Origin: Armatimonadota bacterium
GTDB lineage: Bacteria > Sysuimicrobiota > Sysuimicrobiia > Sysuimicrobiales > Kaftiobacteriaceae
DNA length: 25,034 nt
Direction of reading: 5' to 3'
Assembly (NCBI GenBank): GCA_037440005.1
Contig: JBBIUY010000039.1
Span: 1-25,034 of the forward strand
Each line of letters opens with the position of its first letter. Positions within the stretch are counted from its first letter, which is position 1. Below are positions 7,831 to 16,508 of this stretch, piece after piece. The translations under genes and the position numbers were made by a program. The notes below the pieces were generated by a model, which had not been told where the DNA came from, did not search any database, and saw only the letters and a program-made list of their open reading frames with translations.

Positions 7831-8811
7831 GTGAGAGGCATGCGCGGGATCCGGACAGGTGTCCTGGCAGTGCTGCTGGCGGGCATCCTGGCCGCGCCCT
7901 GGGCGGCGGCCCAGGAGAAGTTCCCCAGCCGGGAGATCACGCTGATCGTGCCCTGGCCGGCCGGCGGGGGCAGCGACATCAGCATGCGGCTGGTGGCGGA
8001 GTACGCCCGCAAGTACTTCGGGGTGCCGGTGGTGGTGGTGAACCGGCCGGGGGCGGCCGGGGCCATCGGCAACCGCGAGATCGCCGACGCCCGGCCCGAC
8101 GGGTACACTATCGGGATGTTCGGGTCCGGGATGCTGGCCCAGCAGTACATGATCCCCAACCCCGTCAAGCTGGAGGAGCTGCAGCCGATCGTCTACTTCG
8201 GCGCCGACCCGGGCGCGCTGACGGTGCGGGCCGACACGCCCTGGCGCACCCTGCGGGAGTTCGTGGAGGCGGCCCGGGCCCGGCCCAACACCATCCGCAA
8301 CGCCAACGACCCGCCGGGCGGAGGCTCCCACCTGATCGCCCTGGTGTACGAGCGCAAGCTGGGGATCACACTGAACAAGGTCCCCTACGCGGGCTTTGCG
8401 CCCAGCGTGGCCGCCGTGCTGGCGGGGGAGGTCCAGTCCACCACCGTGCCGGTGCCCGACGTGGCCCAGCCCCACAAGGCGGGGCAGGTGCGGATTTTGG
8501 GCGTGTCGGACGTCCGGCGGCACTTCCTGGCGCCCGACGTGCCCACCTTCCGCGAGCAGGGGTTTGACGTGGTGTACGGCCTGTGGCGGATGATCGCCGG
8601 GCCGCGGGGGATCCCCGCCGACCGGCTGCGGGTACTGGAGGAGAAGCTGCTGGCCACCCTCAAAGACCCCGAGTTCGTCGAGCGCGCCCGGCGGGCGGGG
8701 TTCAACGTGGACCCGATGGGCGTGCGGAGGCTGGAGGCGTTTCTGAAGGCCGAGGACGCACTGGCGTACGCGATCCTCTTCGACCTGGGGCTGGTGAGGA
8801 ACCCCAAGTAG
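7831..8811 (+). CDS. tctC: Tripartite tricarboxylate transporter substrate-binding protein (TctC/Bug family)
   Basis: Signal peptide, then FPSREITLIVPWPAGGGSD, VVNRPGAAGAIG, ARPDGYT, VPYAG and PDVPTFREQG. The symbol is family-level only. Confidence 0.93.
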   Translation: MRGMRGIRTGVLAVLLAGILAAPWAAAQEKFPSREITLIVPWPAGGGSDISMRLVAEYARKYFGVPVVVVNRPGAAGAIGNREIADARPDGYTIGMFGSGMLAQQYMIPNPVKLEELQPIVYFGADPGALTVRADTPWRTLREFVEAARARPNTIRNANDPPGGGSHLIALVYERKLGITLNKVPYAGFAPSVAAVLAGEVQSTTVPVPDVAQPHKAGQVRILGVSDVRRHFLAPDVPTFREQGFDVVYGLWRMIAGPRGIPADRLRVLEEKLLATLKDPEFVERARRAGFNVDPMGVRRLEAFLKAEDALAYAILFDLGLVRNPK

Positions 8812-8838
8812 CGGGGCCGGCCTGCGGGTGGGTGGGGA

Positions 8839-9333
8839 ATGGATCCGGGACGGCGCGCACTGACAGATCTGGCGTCTGGCGGGGTACTGCTGGGCCTGGC
8901 GGCGGTCGGCCTGCGGGCCCTGGCCCGCCACCCGGACCTGGTCGCCTACGACTTCGGGGCCGACCCGGGCCCGGGGCTGCTGCCGCGGCTGCTGCTGTGG
9001 GCGCTGGCGGCCGGGGGCGGGGTGCTCCTGGCTCAGGGAATCTGGACGCTCGTCCGATCCGGGCGACCGGAGGTCGCCCCCGGCTGGGGACGGCCGCTGG
9101 TGCTCCCGGCGTTGTTCGCCCTCTCCCTGGCCGGCTACGTGGCCGCGCTGAAGCCGGCGGGGTTTCGCGCGGCCACGGCGGTATTCGCCACGCTGTGGAT
9201 CCTGGTCCTGACCCGCCAGGGAGGGGACCGCCTATCTATCCGGGCCGCCGCGGGGGCGGTCGCCGCCGCCGCGGGGATCACGGCGGCGGTGTATTACGTC
9301 TTCAAGGGCTTCGTGAAGGTGCCGCTGCCCTAG
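8839..9333 (+). CDS. tctB: Tripartite tricarboxylate transporter small membrane subunit (TctB family)
   Basis: DPGPGLLP motif, several TM segments and C-terminal YYVFKGFVKVPLP; positioned between tctC and tctA. Confidence 0.88.
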   Translation: MDPGRRALTDLASGGVLLGLAAVGLRALARHPDLVAYDFGADPGPGLLPRLLLWALAAGGGVLLAQGIWTLVRSGRPEVAPGWGRPLVLPALFALSLAGYVAALKPAGFRAATAVFATLWILVLTRQGGDRLSIRAAAGAVAAAAGITAAVYYVFKGFVKVPLP

Positions 9334-9339
9334 GCCGCC

Positions 9340-10866
9340 ATGTTCGAGAGCCTGCTCGCGGCGCTGGTGCGCTACCTGGAGTCCCCCCAGTCGGTGGCCC
9401 TCAGTCTGGTGGGGGTGGCTACGGGCATCGTCTTCGGCGCCCTGCCCGGCATCAGCTCCACCATGTCCCTGGCGATTCTGCTGCCCCTGACGTTCGGGCT
9501 GAACGCCACCGACGCGATGATGCTGCTGATGGGGGTGTTCAACGGGAGCGTCTACGGCGGGTCCATCTCGGCCATTTTGGTGAACATTCCGGGCACGCCC
9601 GGCTCCATCGTCACCCAGCTGGACGGCCACCCCATGGCCCGGCAGGGGAGAGCCGGGGAGGCGCTGGGCTACGCCACCCTGGCCTCGGGCTTCGGGGGGC
9701 TGCTGGGGCTGGTGGTCTTCATGACGCTGGCGCCCCTGGTGGCGCTGGTGGGACTGCGCTTTGGCAGCCCGGAGTTCACCGGTCTCGCATTGCTGGGTCT
9801 GGCCAGCCTGTCGGCCGCCATGGTGGGCTCCACGTTCAAGGGGATCCTGGCGGGAGTGCTGGGCCTGCTGCTGGCCACGGTGGGGCTGGATCCGCTGACC
9901 AACGTCCTGCGCTTTGACTTCGGGACCCGCTACCTGCAGGGCGGGATTCCGATGATCCCGCTGGCCATCGGGGTCTTCGGGCTGGCCGAGGTCCTGAACA
10001 ATCTGGAAAGAGGACTGGGCCGGTGGGAGGTGATCCGTGCCATCGGGCGGGTGATCCCCCCCTGGCGGGAGCTGCGCCGGATGGTCCTGCCCGCGGTGCG
10101 GGGCGCTGTGGTGGGGATCATCGTCGGCATCATCCCCGCCGCCGGCTCGGCCATCGGCGTGGGGTTCGCCTACGCCCAGGAGAAGCGCCTGTCCCGGCAC
10201 CCTGAAAAATTCGGCACCGGGGTGCCCGAGGGGATCGTCGCGCCCGAGTCCAGCAACAACGCCGAGATCGGCGGCGACCTCATTCCCACCATGAGCCTGG
10301 GGATCCCCGGCGACAGCATCACGGCGGTGCTGATGGGGGCGTTGCTCATCCAGGGCCTGCGGCCCGGGCCGCTGCTGTTCAAGGAACACAGGGACTTCGT
10401 GGCGGCGGTCTACGTCGCGCTGGCCGTGGCCGTCGTCCTCACCACCGTGCTGGGCCTGCTGGGGGCGCGGCTGTTCGCCCGGGTGCTGTCGGTGCCCAAG
10501 CCGGCGCTGCTGGTGGGCATCGCGGTGCTGTGCGCGGTGGGATCCTACGCGGTGAACAACTCGGTCGCCGACGTGGGCCTGATGCTGGTGTGCGGGGTGG
10601 GCGGCTACCTGATGCAGAAGGCCGGCTTCCCGGTGGTGCCCCTGGTCTTCGGGCTGATCCTGGGCCCCCTGTTCGAGGAGAACCTGCGCCGGACGCTGGT
10701 GCTGAGCAACGGGGACTGGACGGTCTACCTGCGCCGGCCCCTCAGCCTGCTGCTGCTTCTCCTGTCCGCCGCCACCGCCGCCTACCCGCTGCTGCTGGAG
10801 TACCGCCAGCGCCGGCGCGGGGCGGCGCCGGGCACGGTGGCGGACGCCGCGGGAGGGGTGCCGTGA
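9340..10866 (+). CDS. tctA: Tripartite tricarboxylate transporter permease (TctA family)
   Basis: GALPGIS, YGGSISAILVNIPGTP, LDGHPMARQG, GIVAPESSNNA, LGIPGD and GLRPGP motifs. Confidence 0.95.
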   Translation: MFESLLAALVRYLESPQSVALSLVGVATGIVFGALPGISSTMSLAILLPLTFGLNATDAMMLLMGVFNGSVYGGSISAILVNIPGTPGSIVTQLDGHPMARQGRAGEALGYATLASGFGGLLGLVVFMTLAPLVALVGLRFGSPEFTGLALLGLASLSAAMVGSTFKGILAGVLGLLLATVGLDPLTNVLRFDFGTRYLQGGIPMIPLAIGVFGLAEVLNNLERGLGRWEVIRAIGRVIPPWRELRRMVLPAVRGAVVGIIVGIIPAAGSAIGVGFAYAQEKRLSRHPEKFGTGVPEGIVAPESSNNAEIGGDLIPTMSLGIPGDSITAVLMGALLIQGLRPGPLLFKEHRDFVAAVYVALAVAVVLTTVLGLLGARLFARVLSVPKPALLVGIAVLCAVGSYAVNNSVADVGLMLVCGVGGYLMQKAGFPVVPLVFGLILGPLFEENLRRTLVLSNGDWTVYLRRPLSLLLLLLSAATAAYPLLLEYRQRRRGAAPGTVADAAGGVP

Positions 10867-12020
10867 AGGTCACCGACGTTGAGGTCTTCCTGGTCGGCCT
10901 GCCCACCCGCCGGCCGCACCGCTGGGCGGGGCTGCGCGGGCCCATCGGGCGATACGTGGTGGTGCGGGTGCGCACCGACGAGGGAGTAGAGGGGTGGGGG
11001 GAGACTCCGTGCCTGCCCGACTGGGGCGGGGCGTACGGGCGGCACTACGGGGAGACGCCCCAGTCCGTCCGCCACGTGATCCGCGATCTGCTGCTGCCTG
11101 TCCTGCATGAGCACCACCCCTTCGACATCCCCCGCATTCACGCGGCCATGGACCAGGTCGTCAAGGGGCACCCCTACGCCAAGGCCGCCGTGGACATCGC
11201 CCTGCACGATCTCAAAGGCCGCGCCCTGGGCGTGCCGGTCTACGACCTGCTGGGTGGGCGGGTGCGCGAGTGGGTCCCCGTGGGCCACTCCCTGGGCCTG
11301 ATGGATGTGGAACAGGCCGCCGAGGAAGCCGCCCAGGCCGTGCGCGAGGGCATCCGGCACATCAAGGTCAAAGGAGGGCCCGACCCCCGCCGGGACGTGG
11401 CGGCGGTGGCGGCGGTCCGCCGCGCTGTCGGGGAGGACGTGGAGATCCGCCTGGACGCCAACCAGGCCTACACCGTGCCCGTGGCGGTGCGGACGCTGCG
11501 TGCGATGGAAGGGTTCGGGCTGGCCATCGCCGAGCAGCCCGCCGAGGGCGTGGACGAGCTGGCGGCCATCGCCCGGGCGGTGACCGTACCCCTGATGGCC
11601 GACGAGAGCGCGTGGACGATGCGGGACGTGCTGCACCTGCGGGAGGCGGGCGCGGCGCGTTACGTCTCGCTGTACGTCACCAAGCCCGGCGGCCTGTACC
11701 GGGCCCGCCAGATGGCGGCGATCCTGGAGGCGGCGGGGCTGGAGGCGGACGTGGGCGGGTCGGCGGAGTTCGGGATCGGCAACGCGGCCAACCTGCACCT
11801 GGCGGCCGCGTCGGCGGCGGTGACCGTGCCCGCCATCATCCCCGTTACGACGCTGCAGGGCCGGGAGCAGACCACGGTCGCCGGACGCCTCTACACCGAC
11901 GACATCGTCGCCGAGCCGTTCCCCTACCGCGACGGCCGGCTGCGGGTGCCCGACGGGCCGGGGCTGGGGATCACCGTGGACCGGGACAAGCTTGCGCGGT
12001 ACTCCCTGCCGTGGGAGTAG
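10863..12020 (+). CDS. Mandelate racemase/muconate lactonizing enzyme family protein (enolase superfamily, MLE subgroup)
   Basis: GWGE, AKAAVDIALHDLKGRALGVPVYDLLGG, KVK, metal ligands LDANQ / EQP / ADES, and PDGPGLG; GTGA overlap with tctA. Confidence 0.93.
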   Translation: MKVTDVEVFLVGLPTRRPHRWAGLRGPIGRYVVVRVRTDEGVEGWGETPCLPDWGGAYGRHYGETPQSVRHVIRDLLLPVLHEHHPFDIPRIHAAMDQVVKGHPYAKAAVDIALHDLKGRALGVPVYDLLGGRVREWVPVGHSLGLMDVEQAAEEAAQAVREGIRHIKVKGGPDPRRDVAAVAAVRRAVGEDVEIRLDANQAYTVPVAVRTLRAMEGFGLAIAEQPAEGVDELAAIARAVTVPLMADESAWTMRDVLHLREAGAARYVSLYVTKPGGLYRARQMAAILEAAGLEADVGGSAEFGIGNAANLHLAAASAAVTVPAIIPVTTLQGREQTTVAGRLYTDDIVAEPFPYRDGRLRVPDGPGLGITVDRDKLARYSLPWE

Positions 12021-12032
12021 GAGGGAGACGGG

Positions 12033-13172
12033 ATGGCCGCAGGTGAGGCGGTGGACGTCGCAATCCTGGGGGCGGGCAACGGGGGTGTGGCCGCCGCAGC
12101 CGACCTGGGAGCGCGAGGGGTCCGCGTGGCTCTGGCCAACCGCAGCCGGGAGCGCCTGGAGCCCTTCCGGCGGCTGGGCGGGGTGGAGATGACCGGCGCC
12201 CTGGGCACCGCCACCGTGCCGCTTGCGCGCATCACCACCGACGTAGCCGAGGCGGTGGCGGGCGCCGAAGTCGTCATGCTGACCGTGCCGGCGCCGGGCC
12301 AGGCGTTCTACGCCGAGGCCCTGGCGGGGTGCCTGCGCCCCGGGCAGCTGATCGTGCTCAACGGCTCCAACACGGGTGGCGCCCTGCACGTGGCGCGGAT
12401 TCTGGCGGACCGGGGAGCGCCCCCGGTGCCCATCGTCGAATTCAACTCCCTCACCTACATCTGCCGCATGGCGTCCCCCACCTGCGTCAACATCACGGGC
12501 CCGGCGCGGACGGTCCGGATGGCCGTCCTCCCGGCCGATCGGGCCGGGGACGCCGTCGCGCGGGTACGGCGCTACTACCCGGGCGCGCAGCCGGCGGCCA
12601 CGGTGTTGGAGACGTCGCTGCTGAACCTCAACGCCATCCTGCACCCGCCCGGCGTGCTGATGAACGCCGGGTGGATCGAGCACACGGCCGGCCAGTTCTT
12701 CTACTACTACGAGGGCACCACGCCGGCGGTGGCCCGCGCCGTCGCCGCGGTGGACGAGGAGCGCCGGGCCATTGCGCGCGCCTACGGGATCCAGACGCCC
12801 ACGTTCCTGGACGTCTTCTACCAGGCCGGCTTCACGTCGCGGCGAGCGTGGGAGGCGGGCTCGGTCTTCGAGGCGATGCGGGACAGCGTCCCCAACCGGT
12901 ACATCAAGGCCCCACCCAACCTGGAAGGGCGCTACGTCCAGGAGGACGTGGGCTACGGCCTGGTCCCCCTGGAGGCGCTGGCAGCTGCCGCGGGCGTGGC
13001 GGTGCCGACCATCGCCTCGCTCATCCACCTGGCGGGCGTGGCGACGGGCGTGGACCACCGGCGGGCGGGCCTGTCGGCGGAGAAGCTGGGCATCGCCGGG
13101 CTGGACCGCGACGGCGTCCTGCGGCTGGCGCGGGAGGGGCCGGCGGGGTGGTGGAAGGGAGGGCGACCATGA
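12033..13172 (+). CDS. NAD(P)-dependent octopine/nopaline (opine) dehydrogenase family protein 1
   Basis: GAGNGG Rossmann motif, EFNSLTYICR, NAILHPP, YYYEGTTP, DEER and RYVQEDVGYGLVP. Confidence 0.92.
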   Translation: MAAGEAVDVAILGAGNGGVAAAADLGARGVRVALANRSRERLEPFRRLGGVEMTGALGTATVPLARITTDVAEAVAGAEVVMLTVPAPGQAFYAEALAGCLRPGQLIVLNGSNTGGALHVARILADRGAPPVPIVEFNSLTYICRMASPTCVNITGPARTVRMAVLPADRAGDAVARVRRYYPGAQPAATVLETSLLNLNAILHPPGVLMNAGWIEHTAGQFFYYYEGTTPAVARAVAAVDEERRAIARAYGIQTPTFLDVFYQAGFTSRRAWEAGSVFEAMRDSVPNRYIKAPPNLEGRYVQEDVGYGLVPLEALAAAAGVAVPTIASLIHLAGVATGVDHRRAGLSAEKLGIAGLDRDGVLRLAREGPAGWWKGGRP

Positions 13173-14305
13173 CCGGATCGGAACGGTGTCCGGACGTCCA
13201 GGTGCTGGCGCGCCTGCGGCGCCTGCTGGCGGAGGCGGGGCTGGACGGCGCGGTGGCCATGTCCCAGGACAACGTGACCTACGCCCTGGGGGTGGGGGTC
13301 CCCTCCCACCGGCTGATCCGGGAGCGGCGGGTGGCGGCGCTGGTGCCCGTGGACGGTCCGCCGGCGGTGGTGGCGGTGACCGTGGAGGAGTCGTTCCTGC
13401 AGGCGCACCTGGACGGGGTGGAGATCCGTCCCTACGACGAGCACACCCAGACCGCCATGGCGGTCCTCGCCGGTCTGCTGGCCGAGCGGGGGCTGGACCG
13501 GGCGCGGGTGGGGGTGGAGATGGACGTCATCCCGGCCGCAGACTACGCCGAGCTCACCGGACGGCTGCCGGGAGCGCGCTTTGAGGACGCGGCGGCGCTG
13601 TTCAAGCGGTCGCGGTGGGTCAAGACCCCGCGGGAGGTCGAGCGGATCCGCCGCGGAGGGCGCATGGCGGACATGGCGGTGCGGGAGGCGTTCGGGGCGG
13701 CCCGCGCAGGGATGACCGAGCGCGCGCTGGCGGTGCGGATGACGGAAGCCTTCTTGCGCCAGGGCGGCGACGACGTGCGCCTGGTGGTGGTGGGCGCCGG
13801 CGAGCGCAGCAGCCACCCCAACGCGCCGCCCACCGACCGGTCCCTGCGGCCCGGCGACGTGGTGCGGGTGGACTTCCTGGGCACGGTGGGGGGCTACTAC
13901 ACCGACTGCGCCCGCACGGCGGTGGTGGGGGAGCCCACCGCCGAGCAGGCGGCGGTGTACCGGGCTCTGGTGGAGATCCACCGGGAGGTCCTGGGCCGGC
14001 TCCGCCCCGGCGTGCGGACCCGGGAGCTGTACGACCTCTACCACGACCGCGCCGCCCGCCACCGCCTGCAGCCGCTGCGGTTTCTGGGCCACGGTCTGGG
14101 GCTGGGCCTGCACGAGGGCCCCTTCATCGACGCGCACTCCGACGTGACGGTGGAGCCGGGGATGGTGTTCGCCATCGAGCCGGTGCACTTCGTCCCCCAC
14201 CAGGTCGGCTTCCACCTAGAGGACGTGCTGGTGGTGACGTCCCAGGGGTGCGAGGTGGTGACCGACGTGACCCCCACCGACTCCCTGTGGTCCATCTCGA
14301 CGTGA
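13169..14305 (+). CDS. M24 family (Xaa-Pro peptidase/creatinase-like) metallohydrolase
   Basis: Creatinase-like N-domain and VKTPRE; metal ligands RVDF, YTDCART, GHGLGL, IEP and LED are all present. ATGA overlap with the upstream gene. Confidence 0.92.
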   Translation: MTGSERCPDVQVLARLRRLLAEAGLDGAVAMSQDNVTYALGVGVPSHRLIRERRVAALVPVDGPPAVVAVTVEESFLQAHLDGVEIRPYDEHTQTAMAVLAGLLAERGLDRARVGVEMDVIPAADYAELTGRLPGARFEDAAALFKRSRWVKTPREVERIRRGGRMADMAVREAFGAARAGMTERALAVRMTEAFLRQGGDDVRLVVVGAGERSSHPNAPPTDRSLRPGDVVRVDFLGTVGGYYTDCARTAVVGEPTAEQAAVYRALVEIHREVLGRLRPGVRTRELYDLYHDRAARHRLQPLRFLGHGLGLGLHEGPFIDAHSDVTVEPGMVFAIEPVHFVPHQVGFHLEDVLVVTSQGCEVVTDVTPTDSLWSIST

Positions 14306-14321
14306 GGGCGCGGGTCGGGCG

Positions 14322-15341
14322 ATGACGGGCGTGCGGACCGGCGTCGGGATCGTCGCGCAGTACCCACCCCCGCGCCTGCGGGGCCTGGCGCGGCGGGTGG
14401 AGGACCTGGGCTACGCCAGCCTGTGGGTGGCCGACGAGGGGCTGCACCGCAACGTGTACGTCACCCTGGCCCTGGTTGCGGTGAGCACAGACCGGCTGCG
14501 CCTGGGGACCGGCGTCACCAACCCGTACACCCGCCACCCGGCTCTGACAGCGGCGGCCATCGCCAGTGTGGACGAGCTCAGCGGCGGCCGCGCGGTCCTG
14601 GGCCTGGGAGCGGGTGGTTCGGCGACGGCGGCGCTGGGCGTGACGCGGGTCCACCCCGCCTGGGCGCTGCGGGAGGCGGTGCAGATCATCGCCGGGCTCA
14701 CGGCGGGCGAGCGCGTGGATGTCCGCGGGCGCGTGTTCACCTACAGCGGACGGCTGGACTTCGTCCCCCCGCGGCGCGTCCCGGTCTACGTGGCCGCCCG
14801 CGGGCCGCGGTCGCTGGAGGTGGCCGGCGAGGTCGCCGACGGCGTCATCGTCGGCGGGCTCGTGGGCGAGCGGGGCCTGCGGTACTGCCTGGACGCGGTA
14901 GCCCGTGGCGCCCGCCGCGCCGGGCGGTCCCCGGATGCGGTCGCGCGGGTGGCGTGGGTGTACGCGGCCGCCGCCGACCGGCCCGAGGAGGCGCGGCGCG
15001 CGGTGGCGCGGACGGTGGCGCTGTCGCTGGTGGCCAGCCACCCGGTTCTTGACCGCCTGGGGCTGCGCCTCCCGGAGGCGCTGCGGGACTACCTGGACCG
15101 CCACCGGTGGCGCCTGCGGCCCGACGTGATCCAGGAGGCGGCCGGACTGCTGGACGGACCGGTGTTCGAGGAGTTCGCGGTGGCCGGTGCCCCCGACTCC
15201 TGCGCGGCGGCCCTCACGCGGCTGGCCGCATCGGGGGTGGACGAAATCGTCCTGCTGGTGCACCCCGTGGCGGGTCAGAGCGTCGAGGAGGCGGTCACGG
15301 AGTTCGCCCAGATCCTCCGCCGGGCGGGGGTCCTGGCGTGA
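14322..15341 (+). CDS. LLM class (luciferase-like, Mer-like) flavin/F420-dependent oxidoreductase 2
   Basis: GYASLWVADE, LGTGVTNPYTRHPA, SGGRAVLGLGAG and PVYVAARGPRSLEVAGEVADGV. Confidence 0.92.
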   Translation: MTGVRTGVGIVAQYPPPRLRGLARRVEDLGYASLWVADEGLHRNVYVTLALVAVSTDRLRLGTGVTNPYTRHPALTAAAIASVDELSGGRAVLGLGAGGSATAALGVTRVHPAWALREAVQIIAGLTAGERVDVRGRVFTYSGRLDFVPPRRVPVYVAARGPRSLEVAGEVADGVIVGGLVGERGLRYCLDAVARGARRAGRSPDAVARVAWVYAAAADRPEEARRAVARTVALSLVASHPVLDRLGLRLPEALRDYLDRHRWRLRPDVIQEAAGLLDGPVFEEFAVAGAPDSCAAALTRLAASGVDEIVLLVHPVAGQSVEEAVTEFAQILRRAGVLA

Positions 15342-16444
15342 TCCGCACGGTGGCGGTCCTGGGGGCCGGCAACGGAGGGGTGACGGCGGCCGCCCACCTG
15401 GCCCTGCGGGGCTACCGGGTGCGGCTGGCCAGCCGGTCGGAGGAGCGGCTGCGGCCCATCCTCGAGCGCGGCGAGGTGGAACTGCTGGGCGCTGCCGGCG
15501 AGGGCACGGCGCGGCTGGAGCGCGTGACCACTGACCTGGCCGAGGCGACGGACGGCGCCGATCTGATCATGCTGACCGTGGCCGGTCCGGGTCTGCAGGC
15601 CTACGGGCGGGAGCTGGCCCGGGTAATCCGGCCGGGTGCGCGCCTGTTCCTCAACCCCGGGCAGTGCGGGGGCGCGCTGGAGCTGCGCCAGGTCCTCCGC
15701 GCCTGCGGGGCGCCGGGCCCCTGGATCCTGGGCGAGTCCAACACGCTGACCTACGGGTGTCGGGTCGTCGGCCCGGCGCGGGCCTGGGCGTACGTGCTGG
15801 TCCGTCGGGTCTTCCTGGCCGCGCTCCCCGCCCGGGACACCCCGGCTCTGCTGGACGCGCTGCGGCCGCTGTACCCGTCCCTGGAGGCGGCACCCAACGT
15901 CCTGTACACGGGCCTGCACTACCTCAACGGGATCCTCCACCCTCCGGGGATGGTCTGCAACGCCGGGTGGATCGAGCACGCCCGGGGAGGGTTCCGGTAC
16001 TACCTGGAGGGGACCACCCCGGCAGTGGCGCGGGTCATCGAGCGGGTGGACGCAGAGCGGCTGGCCGTCCTGGAGCGGCTGGGCCTGCCCGGGGTGCCGT
16101 TCATCGACGCGTTCTACGAGGGGGGCTACACAACTCCCCAGGCGCACGCGAGCCGGTCTGTCTACCGCGCGTTCCAGGAAAGCGAGCCCAACAAGCCGCG
16201 GCCGGCGCCCGACAGCCTGCATCACCGGTACATGGAAGAGGACGTCCCCTACGGCTTGGTCCCCATGGCGGCGCTGGCCCGCCTGGCCGGGGTGCCGACG
16301 CCCACCATCGACGCGCTGATCACCCTCGCCTCCGTCCTCATGGGGGTCGACTACTGGCAGCAGGGACGGACGGCCGAACGGATGGGTGTCCCCGGCCGGT
16401 CTGTGGGGACGGTGCTGGACGAGGTGCAGGACGGCGGGATCTGA
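15338..16444 (+). CDS. NAD(P)-dependent octopine/nopaline (opine) dehydrogenase family protein 2
   Basis: GAGNGG, LNPG, ESNTLTYGCR, NGILHPP, YYLEGTTP and RYMEEDVPYGLVP; GTGA overlap with LLM 2. Confidence 0.92.
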   Translation: MIRTVAVLGAGNGGVTAAAHLALRGYRVRLASRSEERLRPILERGEVELLGAAGEGTARLERVTTDLAEATDGADLIMLTVAGPGLQAYGRELARVIRPGARLFLNPGQCGGALELRQVLRACGAPGPWILGESNTLTYGCRVVGPARAWAYVLVRRVFLAALPARDTPALLDALRPLYPSLEAAPNVLYTGLHYLNGILHPPGMVCNAGWIEHARGGFRYYLEGTTPAVARVIERVDAERLAVLERLGLPGVPFIDAFYEGGYTTPQAHASRSVYRAFQESEPNKPRPAPDSLHHRYMEEDVPYGLVPMAALARLAGVPTPTIDALITLASVLMGVDYWQQGRTAERMGVPGRSVGTVLDEVQDGGI

Positions 16445-16452
16445 GGACAGGT

Positions 16453-16482
16453 GCCGACGGAGGCGGTGTGCCGCCCGTCGGC
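16453..16482. other. GC-rich intergenic hairpin before the ABC substrate-binding gene
   Basis: 8-bp outer stem GCCGACGG / CCGTCGGC with an inner GCGG-TGTG-CCGC; no U-tract. Confidence 0.45.
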
Positions 16483-16508
16483 GAGATTCGAAAGGAGGTG
16501 CACGGACG

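Noticed and set aside
6465..14215. Long antisense and alternate-frame ORFs (e.g. 10782-13058 minus, 6465-8168 minus, 12953-14215 minus)
   Set aside because: These are shadow ORFs of high-GC genes, rich in Arg/Gly/Pro/His/Val with no motifs, and fully overlapping well-supported CDSs.
12033..16444. Staphylopine/pseudopaline-type metallophore biosynthesis cluster
   Set aside because: No nicotianamine synthase, histidine racemase, exporter or Opp/Nik-type importer is visible, and the regulator and importers look catabolic.
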